Shown here in pieces: positions 1 to 11,767 of a stretch of DNA of 64,000 bases. The notes under the pieces are model-generated. The model was given only the letters and a program-made list of their open reading frames with translations, searched no databases and was not told the DNA's origin. The stretch spans positions 224,001 through 288,000 of the forward strand of contig CAWBKB010000005.1 of NCBI GenBank assembly GCA_963789265.1, in the 5' to 3' direction. Source of the DNA: an uncultured delta proteobacterium. Its GTDB lineage: Bacteria > Desulfobacterota > Desulfomonilia > Desulfomonilales > Desulfomonilaceae. Position 1 is the first letter of the stretch. Each line of letters begins with the position of its first letter. Both the position numbers and the translations under genes were made by a program.

Positions 1-395
1 GTAATCGCTGCAATGCCGGGTGCGGTGACAATAGCAGGAATCACGAGGCGAAAGGAGGCAATGGGTAAAGATGGGTGGGATGGTCCGGCTGTTTCTCTTG
101 GAGGCGGCGGAGCAGCCGGTCGTGGTCGCATCACTATCTGGAGGGCCTGGTAGAAAAGGATGATGCCACCGGTGATCGCGATGGCGGGAACAGAAACGTG
201 CCATCTGGCCAACACTATTGAACCCAGCAGCGCCACACTGAGGACAATGGCGGTGGCTGTTGCCGTGGCCCGCCAGGCCACTGATCGGCGGAACCCCGGT
301 TCTGTCCCCTGGGTTAACTCTGCAAAAGGTCCGATGGCCTTGAGGGGACCAAGGGTGACGAAGAAAAGTATGAAGATGTCTGACGTCGTAAACAT
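1..395 (-). CDS. MarC family integral membrane protein (3' end runs off window)
   Basis: Manual translation from ATG at 395 (GAGAGG upstream): MFTTSDIFILFFVTLGPLKAIGPFAELTQG...VSVPAIAITGGIILFYQAL...LVIPAIVTAPGIAAI, a typical MarC pattern; not in the ORF track. Confidence 0.8.
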   Translation of the reverse strand, partial: MFTTSDIFILFFVTLGPLKAIGPFAELTQGTEPGFRRSVAWRATATATAIVLSVALLGSIVLARWHVSVPAIAITGGIILFYQALQIVMRPRPAAPPPPRETAGPSHPSLPIASFRLVIPAIVTAPGIAAI

Positions 396-765
396 ACAAA
401 CCTCTCGGTTATTTGTTCATTGAAAAGCTGTAACATCCGGGCAATGTTGAACCCGTAAGCTCGGCTTCGTACTCCAAGACCGGCTTGCGGAGGGATCGCT
501 GCCTTGCGCTCGGCGTAGTCGTAAAAGTGCCATGGTTCTTGGCAACCGAGGGCACTGCCGCGTTGCAAACAGACTGAGAAGGTTTAGTTGCGCGCCATGA
601 AACGCAACCTTGATCCAGCCCTACTCAAATCAGTACCCCCGCAGATCGGCAGTACTCTGTGAATCTGCTGCTTCGCGCGCTACTTCACCCCTTCTGGTCC
701 CATTTAGTGAGGGGCCCGGATGCTGTGCGCAAACCAGCCCCCCGCTGTCTCGTCTCAGAATACTG

Positions 766-2260
766 CTAGCGGCTCCCGGCACCCTGTTGGAGCTTCTCCA
801 GGACCTGATCGATCGTGAAGCTCGCCGCCTTCTGGCGCGGCGGGAACTCCTTGAATGTCGCCAGGAAGTCACCCACGTACTTCTGCGCGGGAAGGAACAG
901 GTAGACGTGATCGAGCACCCAATCCCAGTAAGTGTTCGATGTGATGTCCGCGCGCTCAAAGGGGTCCGTGCGCAGGTTGAAGAGCTTCGGAAACCGCAAA
1001 ACTACCAACGGTTCCTGCCAAATCCGAAGGGTGCCTTGCATCCGCTGCTCCATGAAGATTAGCTTCCAGTTGTCGTAGCGCACGGCCATCAGGTCGCCGT
1101 CGTCGGAGAAGTAGAAGAATTCCACGCGCGGGCTCTTCTCCTCTTCACCTTTCAAGTAGGGCAGGAGATTGTAGCCGTCGAGGTGCACTTTGAACTTCTT
1201 GCCGCCAGCCTCGTGGCCCTTAAGTAACTTGTCCTTGATGGTCGGTTCGCCCGCAGCCGCCACTAGAGTGGGCAACCAGTCCATATGGCTGATGATTTCA
1301 TTAGATACGGTGCCGGGCTTGATCACACCGGGCCAGCGCAACATTGCAGGAACCCGGAATGCCCCTTCCCAGTTGGAGTCCTTCTCATTGCGGAAGGGCG
1401 TCATACCCGCGTCAGGCCAGGAGTTCATGTGCGGTCCGTTGTCGGTGCTGTACATGACGATCGTGTTGTCGGCGATGCCGTGCTCGTCCAGCTTCTGGAG
1501 CAGCGCGCCCACGAGTTTGTCGTGGTCGATCATGACGTCGTGGTATTCCGACTGCCAGCGATGGGACTGGCCTATGCTCTCAGGCTTGGCATGCGTGCGG
1601 AAGTGCATGTGCGAGGTGTTGAACCATACAAAGAACGGCGTCTCTCTCTTGACTTGGCGGTCAATAAAGTCCGTTGCCTTGTCAAAGACCTCGTCGTCGA
1701 TGGTCTCCATCCGCTTCTTCGTCAATGGGCCGGTGTCTTCAATGCGACCGTCTGCGTAACACTGGAGCACGCCGCGCGGACCGTAGTTCTTCTTGAAGTT
1801 CGGGAAGTCCGATTCCGGGGGATAGTCGCGGCAGTTCTGGCTCCTCACATGCATTCAGGTGGTAAAGAAAGCCAAAGAACTCGTCGAAACCATGGTTGGT
1901 CGGCAGGAATTCGTCCTTGTCGCCGAAGTGATTCTTGCCGAACTGACCTGTGGCGTAACCCAGCGGCTTCAGTAGCTCGGCGATAGTGGGATCCTCAGCG
2001 CGCATGCCGAGGTCGGCGCCCGGCATTCCTACCTTGCTCAATCCCGTGCGGAAAACGCACTGCCCGGTGATGAACGCCGACCGCCCTGCTGTGCAACTCT
2101 GCTCGCCGTAGCAATCTGTGAACAGCACCCCTTCCTCGGCGATGCGATCGATGTTCGGTGTCCGATAGCCCATCATGCCGCGATTGTAAGCACTGATGTT
2201 CCAGTAGCCGATATCATCTCCCCAGATGACCAAAATGTTGGGTTTATTCTGTGTCGCCAT
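766..2260 (-). CDS. Arylsulfatase (Cys-type), split by a 1-nt indel near 1829
   Basis: N-part [13 protein letters not shown] and SCTAGR (formylglycine site), GKNHFGD; C-part [33 protein letters not shown]. Confidence 0.9.
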
Positions 2261-2299
2261 AGATCCTCCTGAATTTGTTGTGAAAAGTGGATTGGTCAA

Positions 2300-3722
2300 T
2301 CATCGCTCCGGAACTTCTGCTTCAAGGTTTTGCTGGCCTGGTTGGCCACATCGCACCTCCTTCCGCCCGCGATTGGATTCGGTTAGTTGGTTTCCTTGAG
2401 CTCTCTTACCCTCAACGGACTCCTCCCTACCGTGACATCGCTTGAACTTAAGACCGCTGCCGCATGGGCAGGGATCATTGCGACGTGCTTTGGCAAATGT
2501 CTCGGCCAGTTTGACATCCTCACTCACCAGGATCTGCATTACCTGGGTGGCCGGCCATCCCCGACGAAGCAGCGCCGCCATGATTTTGATAGGTCGGTCG
2601 ATGTGATGGAAAAACGCCTTATAACCTGCACACAGATAATTTAATCCCGGCTCCCCATGCGGTGTCGTGCGAAAACGGTTTTTCGGACACTCCCCATGGC
2701 AGGCAAATCGGACCTCGCATTCAGTACAGTAACGTGGCAACATATCTAGCTTGTCGCGGCCAAACTTGAGCTGCTGATTGGAGCCGACCAATTCGATCAT
2801 GTGGGTTTGCTGGAGGTTGCCCAGCAAGTAGTTCGGCTCGACAAAATGGTCGCAAGAGGTACAAATCGCCGTTATGTTCCAGGGCGAGTCCATGACCGCA
2901 CGTAGCATCGAAGACACACATTCCGCATGATGGCAGGCCGAGCCAATTTCTCAGGGCTGCCTCGAACGTTTGCACAAACACCTTGCCCACATCGTTCCGC
3001 ACCCATTTGTCAAAGATGGTGATCAGGAAGTTTCCGAGTTGCTCCGGCCTCACAGAGCGATCCGAAACGCTGTTCCCGTCTTGGTAGAGAGTGACGCTCC
3101 CTTCGTTTAGGCGCTCGATGACCGGAATGAACTGAATCCAGGTGGTACCGGCCTCGTCACGGAGAAATTGGTAGACCTCGAGCGGGTGATCGGCATTTAC
3201 ACGATTAACGCTCGTCAGAATGTTGTATTCAACTCCATGTTTCTGCAGCAGCCGGAGGCCTTGCATCACCGTTTCAAAGGTGGGCCTTCCTCTCTTGTCT
3301 ACCCGGTGTGTATCGTGCAGTTCACGAGGACCGTCTATACTGATACCAATCAGGAAATTGTTCTCACGGAAGAACTCGCACCATTTGTCGGTTAACAGTG
3401 TGCCGTTTGTTTGCATGGTGTTCTCAAAGGTCATGCCTGGCTTCTTGTATTTGCTCTGGTATTCTATGGCACGCCGAAAGAAGTCGATCCCCATCAGGGT
3501 GGGTTCTCCACCTTGCCAGGCAACCGTCACTTTGTCCGTGAGATGAGACCCGATGAGCTGGCGGATATAGACTTCCAGCACTTCGTCACTCATGCGAAAG
3601 TGACTTCCGGGGTAAAGAAGTTGTTTGTTCAGAAAGAAGCAATAGGAGCAGTTCAGGTTGCAAATCGCACCCGTTGGCTTGGCCAACACATGAATCCGCC
3701 GGGGTCTTTCTTGGTTCGTCAT
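2300..3722 (-). CDS. Anaerobic sulfatase maturase (radical SAM/SPASM) with C-terminal SEC-C motif, indel near 2859
   Basis: AKPTGAICNLNCSYCFF, WQGGEPTL, SPASM cysteines (CTECEVRFACHGECPKNR, NYLCAGY), RNDPCPCGSGLKFKRCHG; directly upstream of the sulfatase. Confidence 0.92.
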
Positions 3723-4453
3723 GACTGGCACTCCATGAAAGCTTGTTGGCACCTAATCAGTGACGGATATTCGTAGACACTGTTCAGGGTCAAATCCGCT
3801 GGTAAGAATCACCGCGTCCCGTGTTCGCCCATTTCTTCGATCCCGGCTCAAATTGAAATTGTGCGGCGGTCTTGCCGTTTCGGGAGTGTTTGGCCTGGCA
3901 ACCAGTCATTTGATGGTTGCTCGGACCACGAAAAGGTCGCCGCGTTGTCTATGAGAGCCTCAATTGAGCCAAAGAGTGTCATTACGTAGATTGAAAAATG
4001 AATTCAACATGTCCGTTTGTTGACAAGAAACAACAACAATCTGCTTATAATTATTATACGTGCCAAACTAAGTAACTCTGTCTCAAGGGAATAATTCCTA
4101 CAATCATCCTTCCCGTATTAAGCATCGCCGCGTGAGACCGATCTGTCAACCATGTTTTTCTCATGGCTCCGACACTTCACACAGCCTCGGACAATCTCAT
4201 CTGTGGCAGCCGATGCACCTCCGGGATGCAGCGGGAAGCCCGTGAGGCCGAAGGTGGTGCGGCGGAGACTTTGCGCCGGGAATTTAGGTTAGGGCCTACA
4301 AAGAGAATGGTTTACTGATTTCGCCGGAACGAGCGGCCAACGGTTCGGTTAAAATCTTAACCGAAAACCCGAGACGCTTTCATGGCCGGATCGCAAACGC
4401 CTAAGGACTCCCTTTCGCAAATACGGTGACGTTAAAAAAACCTGCACCGAAGG

Positions 4454-4538
4454 AGATTGCTTCGCTGCCCTCGCAATGACAGACAATGGGCATGTCATTG
4501 CGAGGAGTGAAATCCCGCGCCCCGCGGGAAAGCAATCT
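4454..4538. repeat. REP-like palindromic intergenic repeat
   Basis: AGATTGCTT...CCTCGCAATGACA / TGTCATTGCGAGG...AAGCAATCT inverted arms; a related degenerate copy lies near 31910-32045. Confidence 0.7.
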
Positions 4539-4676
4539 GCACCCTGAAGTTATGTGACGAATGTGTGAAATAGAGTGCGAAGCTAAGCCCTGACGCCGGG
4601 ATAGCGGCCGCAGTATTACCACACGACACTCCGAAGAGTCAGTTCTTCTCTTCAACCCTTGGGACGCCGTTTAGAT

Positions 4677-4847
4677 TCAACTTTTGAGTTTAAGTGGCTT
4701 GTCGCAGCAGGTCAGACATTCATTTGGTTTGCAAGCCTTTGACTCTTCCCGTGCGCAGTCGCATTCTTTGGTGATTTTAATCTCGAGTCCGCAGGTCTCG
4801 CAGGCCCACACTTGATTCAATTTCAGGTCAGCGCAACATGACGACAT
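4677..4847 (-). CDS. 56-aa Cys-rich desulforedoxin-like small protein
   Basis: MSSCCADLKLNQVWACETCGLEIKITKECDCAREESKACKPNECLTCCDKPLKLKS; AAGGAGG RBS; CxxCG...CC motif; below the ORF track length cutoff. Confidence 0.8.
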   Translation of the reverse strand: MSSCCADLKLNQVWACETCGLEIKITKECDCAREESKACKPNECLTCCDKPLKLKS

Positions 4848-5056
4848 GAGTGGTCCCTCCTTTATTGTTCAATTGTGCCTACAAATTAAGGTCCCGAAAT
4901 AAGGATGGCACGTGTTAGCCGGCGTGTCAATCTTCAGATCTTGGGGAGGTTCTGCTAATTTCTTGCCCTTGCGGGGGCGCTTCAGTATTGTGGTGGAGTC
5001 GCGTGGAAAGATACGTGGAGTGTTGATGTGCGCAGGGGAAAGGCTCATGCTTATAA

Positions 5057-5246
5057 ATGAGCAGTCATGAAATCATTAGGAGACTGGAAGCTGACGGATG
5101 GTATAGGCTCCGACAAAAAGGAAGCCACATCCAGTTTGGACATCCGACCAAAAAAAGGGCGCGTGACAGTACCGCACCCGAAGAGAGACAGGACGATACG
5201 GACCATCAAAAGTATTGAAAAGCAATCGGGACTCCGTCTTTTGTGA
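5057..5246 (+). CDS. hicA: HicA family toxin, frameshifted in an A7 run at 5150-5156
   Basis: Removing one A gives MSSHEIIRRLEADGWYRLRQKGSHIQFGHPTKKGRVTVPHPKRD...IKSIEKQSGL; GSH motif; directly upstream of hicB. Confidence 0.85.
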
Positions 5247-5261
5247 TCCGAGGGAACTTAA

Positions 5262-5615
5262 ATGGCTGACTATGTGGCACTGTTGAGCAAAGACCCTGGT
5301 AGCTCCTATGGTGTAGATTTTCCGGACTTTCCGGGCTGTGTAACGGCAGGCGATACCTCTGAGGAAGCCAGAGAATTGGCGTTAGAAGCGCTATGCCTGC
5401 ACATAGAAGGCATGGTCCGGGACGGCCAACCTATTCCCTCACCGACCCCCGCCGAGCGCATTACGAATGACCCGGCTAATAAAGACGCTGTGGACTTTTT
5501 TCTGGTTAGCGTGCCTGACAATTTAATGAACAAAAGTAGGCAACATCGCAGGACCGATCAGTCATTCGAAATGGAAACCTGCGATTTGTCCTGGAAGAAC
5601 ATGGATGCTATGTGA
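5262..5615 (+). CDS. hicB: HicB family antitoxin
   Basis: YGVDFPDFPGCVTAGDTSEEARELALEAL...GQPIPSP. Confidence 0.88.
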   Translation: MADYVALLSKDPGSSYGVDFPDFPGCVTAGDTSEEARELALEALCLHIEGMVRDGQPIPSPTPAERITNDPANKDAVDFFLVSVPDNLMNKSRQHRRTDQSFEMETCDLSWKNMDAM

Positions 5616-5651
5616 TTTTTCACCTTGCGGCGCTAGTCCTAACTGATTCTC

Positions 5652-6515
5652 CTACTCGCTCTCAATCTTCTCCTCAACCTTGATCGCGTTTGCGAAGCGG
5701 GCGAATTCCTCAGGAGAAAGCGTTTCACCTCGCCTGCCGAGATGAATGCCCGCGTTACGCGCCGCCAGCGCCAGCGTTTGTGAGCTCAACCCAAGTGTGG
5801 GAGTATTGCGTAAAGCGTTCTTCAGAGTTTTGCGACGCTCGGCAAAGGATGCCTTGACGAGACGTGCCAGTAGACCGCGGTCTGTCACCCGAAACGGGGG
5901 TACGTCGGGAAACAACACTTTTACGAGAGTTGAGGTCACCTCCGGCACAGGAAAAAACGCATGTGGAGGAATGTCGAAAACCAACTCCACCTTGGCACTT
6001 ATCCCGAGCAGGACGGTAAGTACTCCATACTCTTTTGCTCCCGGTTCCGCAATCAGACGCTCAGCGACCTCCTTTTGAAGCAAAATGTAAAGAGACGTGA
6101 AAATTTCACGATTTTCCTGAAACATGAAAAGAAGACGACTGGAAATGTTGTAGGGCAAATTTGCGACCACCCGAAGTTTTCCGATTCTTCCGGCAAGAGC
6201 ACGAAAATCATACTTCAAAGCATCCGCGTGTATGAGTTCCGCGTCAGGAGAATGGGCAAATTTTTCCTCCAGGACTCGAAAGAACCCTGAATCAACCTCC
6301 AGAGCGCAGACCTTGGCGCCGCGTTTGACAAGAGCCTCGGTCAATATACCCAGTCCGGCCCCCACTTCGACTACAGCTTCACCGGAAATGATTTTGGCCG
6401 CGTGCACGATTTTGTTCAGATAATGGAAATCTACAAGGAGATTCTGTCCTAGCCATTTCTTTGGCGCCAAGCCATATCCCTTGAAAATCTTTCTTATTTC
6501 AGATGCGTCGGACAT
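5652..6515 (-). CDS. rsmA: 16S rRNA m6,2A dimethyltransferase
   Basis: PKKWLGQNLL, EVGAGLG, VANLPYNIS, QKEVAERL, RRKTLKN. Confidence 0.95.
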   Translation of the reverse strand: MSDASEIRKIFKGYGLAPKKWLGQNLLVDFHYLNKIVHAAKIISGEAVVEVGAGLGILTEALVKRGAKVCALEVDSGFFRVLEEKFAHSPDAELIHADALKYDFRALAGRIGKLRVVANLPYNISSRLLFMFQENREIFTSLYILLQKEVAERLIAEPGAKEYGVLTVLLGISAKVELVFDIPPHAFFPVPEVTSTLVKVLFPDVPPFRVTDRGLLARLVKASFAERRKTLKNALRNTPTLGLSSQTLALAARNAGIHLGRRGETLSPEEFARFANAIKVEEKIESE

Positions 6516-6531
6516 GCTAAAGAATTGCGAA

Positions 6532-7282
6532 CTACCACGGACTCTCGAAAATGTCTTGCCGGCGACCGGAGGGAGGCTTGGAAGAGGCTATTTGCATCGC
6601 CTTGTTCAGATCTTCAACCGCTTCTCGGGACCTGCCCAGATTGGCCAAGGCAATGCCTCGGTTGTTATAAGCTGTTGAATCATCAGGATCGAGTTGAATT
6701 GCCGCGTCATAGTCTCTGACGGAATTCTCATATTCACCGGAAGCGGAATAGATATCACCTCTGAGTCTGTAAAGCGCTGCATTGTTCCCATGAAGTCGGA
6801 TGCTCTGAGAAAGATCATCCAGGGCTCTTTGCGTCTGACCACGATAGAAACAGTGCCTGCGCGAGTTTGCTTCGGGCATAAGGATTCTTTGGCTGAAGCT
6901 CCATAACCTTTGTGAAGTCCTTAACGGCTTGCTGATATTGACCGGTCCTGAACAAAGAGAGCCCACGCCGCATGTAGTATGATGCCTGGTGTAGTTTGAG
7001 AGAGATGGCTCTGGTAAAGCCCTTTATGGCAAGATCCTCCCGATCTTGGGCACTGTAGGCGAGGCCGCGGTAGTGATACAAAACAGTATGTGGATCGCTC
7101 GCGATAGAGCGAGAAAAGAGGTCAACGGTCTCATCGGGTCTTCCGGACTTGATGGCTTCTCTTCCGGAAGATAACGTTGCCTCGATGTTATCTGCCAGGA
7201 GCAGAGGCGTTTGGCCGATGAAAAAAACCATAAATGCGAATACTACCGGCCATAAGGCCTGCCGGATTTTCATGTTAAGCAT
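6532..7282 (-). CDS. Exported TPR-repeat protein, indel near 6841
   Basis: Signal peptide followed by TPR motifs (YHYRGLAY, YMRRGLS, YRLRGDIY, AYNNRGIA) across two overlapping ORFs. Confidence 0.8.
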
Positions 7283-7493
7283 ACCCTCCGAAAGAAATAG
7301 ATAAGTGGTCCAAGTCCCTGTTGGCTCTGCCTGAAAAAATTCAAGTCCCAGGAGCCAAAGGCTTTGCGGGCTTAAACTTCAGGCTTGGCTAGTTCAGAGG
7401 AACGAGGGAGCGCAGATAATAGAGCAAGGAGGCCTGACTTTGCAACCTCACGCTCTCTCCTAAGGATAGGCGGCGCGTCTAAAACGAATTCCT

Positions 7494-7561
7494 ATGAAAA
7501 CGTCCTGTTATTGGCCGGCAATCCCGCGTCCCGCGCGGAACGGTCCTACTGACGTTTTCAT
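7494..7561. repeat. Inverted repeat, REP-like element
   Basis: ATGAAAACGTC (7494-7504) pairs with GACGTTTTCAT (7551-7561), enclosing a CCCGCG micro-hairpin. Confidence 0.55.
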
Positions 7562-7649
7562 GTTTCGTTGTAGCTTTCTAGCTATGGGAGTTGGTATCAC
7601 ATAGGCGATTCCGATTTCCCCGAGAAAGCTGTCTCGGTTTTCTACGAAC

Positions 7650-8549
7650 TCATGAAGAGAGCGCGAATACGTCCATAGCAATCTTATCGGCCAGCCGAGA
7701 CTTTTCCTCGTTAGCTATGCCGAAACGTCTGCAAAAACCTTCTAGCAGCTCTGGTAGTGCTTCAATCGCGTGCATGGAAAAACTGTCACCGCCGGTTTGC
7801 CAGTAGAGAGCGCGGACCTCCCGGCAATCCTTTTCGCTGAGCCGAGGGTTGCAAGCGTTCAGGTTCCGGTCGCTCACACGCAAGGCGTTGGTTAGTTGAA
7901 GGTCGGAGTTTCTGACCGAGGCTTGCGGGCCGTCCGGCACCATTCTGTAAAGATATAAAACCTCAGGCACAATTTCGGTGTTGTTCTTGGTCGAAATTCG
8001 AGACCAGAGGTCGTAATCCTGAGCGCATGACAAATTTTCATCATACAAACCTGCATCGAGCACCGACTTCCTCCGCAGCATCACTGTTCCGTGGCCGTAA
8101 TTATTGTGGAACTGTAGCCGCCAAAGCCTGTAGACGGGATCGGTGATAAGCTCCTTCCTTTCGATAAGTAGGCCCTCAGCATCAACTATGTCGAAAAAAC
8201 AACCCACCAGGTCCAGTCGGCTGTCTGCGTCAAGTTCGTGCACTTGCGCTTCGAGCCTGATCGGCAAGCTCACGTCATCTGCATCCATTCTCGCAATGTA
8301 TTCGCCACGTGCCAGGATCAGGCCCTTGTTCAACGAACGAGTAAGTCCCATGTTATCTTGATGCACAACTATAATTCGTTCGTCGTTGAAGCGGTGAAGT
8401 ATAGGATCAAGTGGTTCAGTGGAACCGTCGTCTATAATGAGGAATTCAAAATTACGGTAAGTCTGATTGAGAATGCTCCGGATTGCTTCCGCAAGAAAGT
8501 CTTCCCCATTGAATACGGACATCAGCACTGTGACCTTTGGATTTGCCAT
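7650..8549 (-). CDS. Glycosyltransferase family 2
   Basis: KVTVLMSVFNG, IIDDGST, ARMDADD, QDYDLW. Confidence 0.92.
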   Translation of the reverse strand: MANPKVTVLMSVFNGEDFLAEAIRSILNQTYRNFEFLIIDDGSTEPLDPILHRFNDERIIVVHQDNMGLTRSLNKGLILARGEYIARMDADDVSLPIRLEAQVHELDADSRLDLVGCFFDIVDAEGLLIERKELITDPVYRLWRLQFHNNYGHGTVMLRRKSVLDAGLYDENLSCAQDYDLWSRISTKNNTEIVPEVLYLYRMVPDGPQASVRNSDLQLTNALRVSDRNLNACNPRLSEKDCREVRALYWQTGGDSFSMHAIEALPELLEGFCRRFGIANEEKSRLADKIAMDVFALSS

Positions 8550-8638
8550 CCGGATGGGTTTCACCTTGGTTTACTTATGAATACAGCCCCGCTGAGGGTG
8601 AATTGCGCTGGATGTTATCTGTTCGGCGGCGCAGGGGC

Positions 8639-9748
8639 CTACGTCGCCGCATCCTTCAGCAAAGCCAATTCCGACTCCAGGATTCTATCCAGAGAATAAT
8701 ACTTCATCACATAATGTCGGGCATTGTGCCCCATTCGAGCACGTAAGGCGGGTCGGGCAATAAGTTCCTCGATCGCTTGACGAATGGCTGCGGGTTCGGC
8801 AGCGCTCAAGTAACCCGTTTCACCGTGGTGGATCAATTCTCTAATTCCCGGGGAGTCGGCACCGATCACAGGCAATGCGCAGGCCATGGCCTCAATCAGA
8901 GCTTTGGGATGCCCTTCATAAAACGACGGGAGTACGAATAATGCGGCACCGTTCAGGTACCCTGGAAGGGCCGAATTCGGCACGTTGCCCTCCCAGATGA
9001 CCCTGCCGTCGAGTGAGGCAAAACGCCGTTGCAGATCGGGGCGGATCTTGCCCTCACCTATTATTCTCAGTCTGACTTTAAGAGACTCAATGGCTTCCAG
9101 CAGAGCCGGCAGGTTCTTTTCGGGAGCGATTCGTCCGACGAATATCAGTTCTCTTTCATCTCGAAGGTCGGAGCGTGGCTGAAAAACGCTCGTATCTACA
9201 TAGTTAGGGATAACGGCTATTTTCGAGGCCGCGTCGGGGATCCTTTTAACTACGTCAGACTGCATTGCAGGCGTAGTCACCACCACTCGATTTGCCGCTC
9301 TGAAGACCTGTTTCTCGACCTCACGTGCATGGATGGCGGCTTCGGAGTGGAACCCGTGCTCCCTTGCGGCATTCTGCGACCACAAGTATCCGCAACGTGC
9401 TATCAAAGGCTTTTGGAAGGCCCGACATGCTCGGAGCGCCAAATCCGCACCATAGATTTGATTGGTCTTTATGATGTGGCAACGGCTGAGAGTGTCTCCA
9501 TGAAGCGAGCACAATGAATTCTCGTAAGCTGCCGAGGGTAGATCAGTTTCGTTGCACAGGATGCTGATGCCTTCCATTCTGTCTGAATAGGCCAGATCCG
9601 CGGGGCCGCCGTACGTCACAAAGCTGACTTGGAAGTCTCGCTTCAGTAATCTTTTGTATATGGCTATCTCCCTCTCGAGCATCCCCATCATGCTCCAGGT
9701 CCGCAATGAGACGCCGCGGGTAAAGAAGAGAACCAGGTGAGTGTTCAT
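8639..9748 (-). CDS. Glycosyltransferase family 4
   Basis: FVGRIAPEKN, EGHPKALIEAMACALPVI. Confidence 0.92.
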   Translation of the reverse strand: MNTHLVLFFTRGVSLRTWSMMGMLEREIAIYKRLLKRDFQVSFVTYGGPADLAYSDRMEGISILCNETDLPSAAYENSLCSLHGDTLSRCHIIKTNQIYGADLALRACRAFQKPLIARCGYLWSQNAAREHGFHSEAAIHAREVEKQVFRAANRVVVTTPAMQSDVVKRIPDAASKIAVIPNYVDTSVFQPRSDLRDERELIFVGRIAPEKNLPALLEAIESLKVRLRIIGEGKIRPDLQRRFASLDGRVIWEGNVPNSALPGYLNGAALFVLPSFYEGHPKALIEAMACALPVIGADSPGIRELIHHGETGYLSAAEPAAIRQAIEELIARPALRARMGHNARHYVMKYYSLDRILESELALLKDAAT

Positions 9749-11767
9749 TGAACCAATTCGCGGGCAAGCGCCAGGTATTTTTCGGCCACTTCTTCCATTT
9801 TGGAAACGGATATAAGCCGCTGGAAAGTTTCGTAATAATCGACTAGCCTTTCCAACTGAGACAAAATCTCTTCTTTGTCTTCAAATGACAAACCACCGTA
9901 CCCCACCAGCTCAGGATGCCCTCCATCGTTAACGTAGAGTGCCGGCAGTCCACAGGCCAAGGCCTCGATCAAGGCATTGGAGCACGGGTCGTTCCGGCTG
10001 GCCGTAATGTAAATGTCATGGCTGCGCAATGTCGCGGCCAACTCTTCGGAAGAAACCGGAGGTATATGCCGAATGCGCCGGAAGCTCTCCGAAACATTTC
10101 CCACAAAAGTGTAGTCAAAGCGATCCCAGTCGAGACGCTCCTCGAGCCATCTATACGTGGGGCCCCCTTTACGGGGATTGTCAGACCAACTGGTTGAGAT
10201 GAGACGTATTTTTCGGTTTCGTTCAAACGGTACGCGGCCCCGTGCATGAAAGATATCGGAGTCTACGGCATTATGAATGATCACCGGACTTACCGGGTTG
10301 TATCCCATTTCCACGATCCTTTGATACGTCCAGGCAGATTGCAAAACTGTGGCCGATGCGAATCGTTCGTTTAACCGGAAGCAGAGCTCGTCCTTTTCCC
10401 GGTCATAACCGCGGATGAGATGAATCGGTCCGTCAATGCGATGAATCACTTTCAGCCCGTGATGAAGGCTGAATTCCATGAACCGGTCCACGTCGAAATG
10501 AATCGAGTTGAGAAACGTACGCGTCTATCCTGTCGTGAAGCTCATTTTCTCTAACGTCAGGGCCAAGTTTGGTGAGAGCTTTGCGCAGCGCTAACATGAA
10601 CTGGTTTCCACCGCCGTACGGGGGCTTGAAGAAAGTATGCCACAAACCTATAGTCAGCTTGCCGTTTTGGATGTGATAGCGCTCACCCTCGGAACAAAGG
10701 AAGGCATTGCTTCCAGGGGTCCTTGTTTCAGGCCCTGTCTCTTTGGCCGGATGGAATTTCGGGACCTCTCCAAGCCCTTCGTAAAGCTTCCGAAATAGGG
10801 GCACAACCGATTCCGGGCAGTGATTCGAGTGGACGCGTTCACGATGAGCTTTCACCGTGGGAGCGAGAGAGTTTCCGATCATGTCTGTCTCAATGATTTG
10901 GACTGCTTGGTCGACATGCCCAAAAATGCAGGAGGGATCGAGAATGTCCGGCGCGGCGCCGACTGGGGGGCTTATTACTTTGCAGCCGCACGCTGCTGCT
11001 TCAAGGACCGAGTGAGGTCCACCCTCTGAACGGCTTGCAACAATGAATAAATCGAGCAGATTATACAGCAAATTCAGCGTTGGTCGCGGTAGCGCGTTGA
11101 TCTTGATATCGTCGGCCTCGGTCAAGCCTCCCACATAGGTAAAGGGAATGTCATGTTCCCGAAACCTTCTAAGAAGCCAATGCCTGCGCGGCCCCGCGAG
11201 CAGTACGTGGAACTTTAGACCTCGCCTCTTTAGACCTGCCAAAATTTCTAGAAATACATCGGGTCCTTTCATCAACTTTGGGGTTCGTAAATCCGAGCCC
11301 TCTGTGTCCCGCTGGAAACTCCCGATCATGTAAGCATCCGCGGGCACTTGCCACTCGCTTCTAATCACCCGCACAGCTTCGTCGTCGGATGCAAGCGGCC
11401 TGAACATATTCAGATCGACGAGGTACGGTATCAGGTCGCTCTTAACCCCTATTCCTTCGAGTTGCCGAGCCGCCTGTTTCGAACGGGTCACCCATCTGCC
11501 GACCATGGGCATGGCTGTACGATGTCCCGGCATAGTCAGGTACCGGAACGGCTCGCCGGGAACGTGGCAAATGATACGCTTGCCTATAAACTCGTCCTGG
11601 GCCCGCATGGTCAGCCCTTGCCACCATACTGTATGGACTACGTCGCTCTCCTGGAAATCGACCAGTTCAACCATATTTTCAATGGATTGTTTGATAAGCC
11701 TGAGATCCTCATCCAAGGCCCAGCCGCTTTCATCGCCGCCGGTCAGGAAAACTCTGGGTCTATTCAT
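9745..11767 (-). CDS. Two-domain GT4-type glycosyltransferase, indel near 10514
   Basis: Domain 1 SRSEGGPHSVLEAAACG; domain 2 begins PPYGGGNQF and ends SRNDPCSNALIEALACGLP; the frames join at DAYV/LNSIHFD. Confidence 0.82.

Noticed and set aside
4020..4066. Sigma70 (TTGACA...TATAAT) or sigma54 (TGGCACG) promoter
   Set aside because: The 20-nt spacer is too long for sigma70, and the sigma54 -12 GC element is missing.
7345..7395. c-di-GMP-I riboswitch-like GCAAAGCC motifs (also near 41745)
   Set aside because: The P2 stem with GNRA loop and the GGCAAAC element are not arranged as required.
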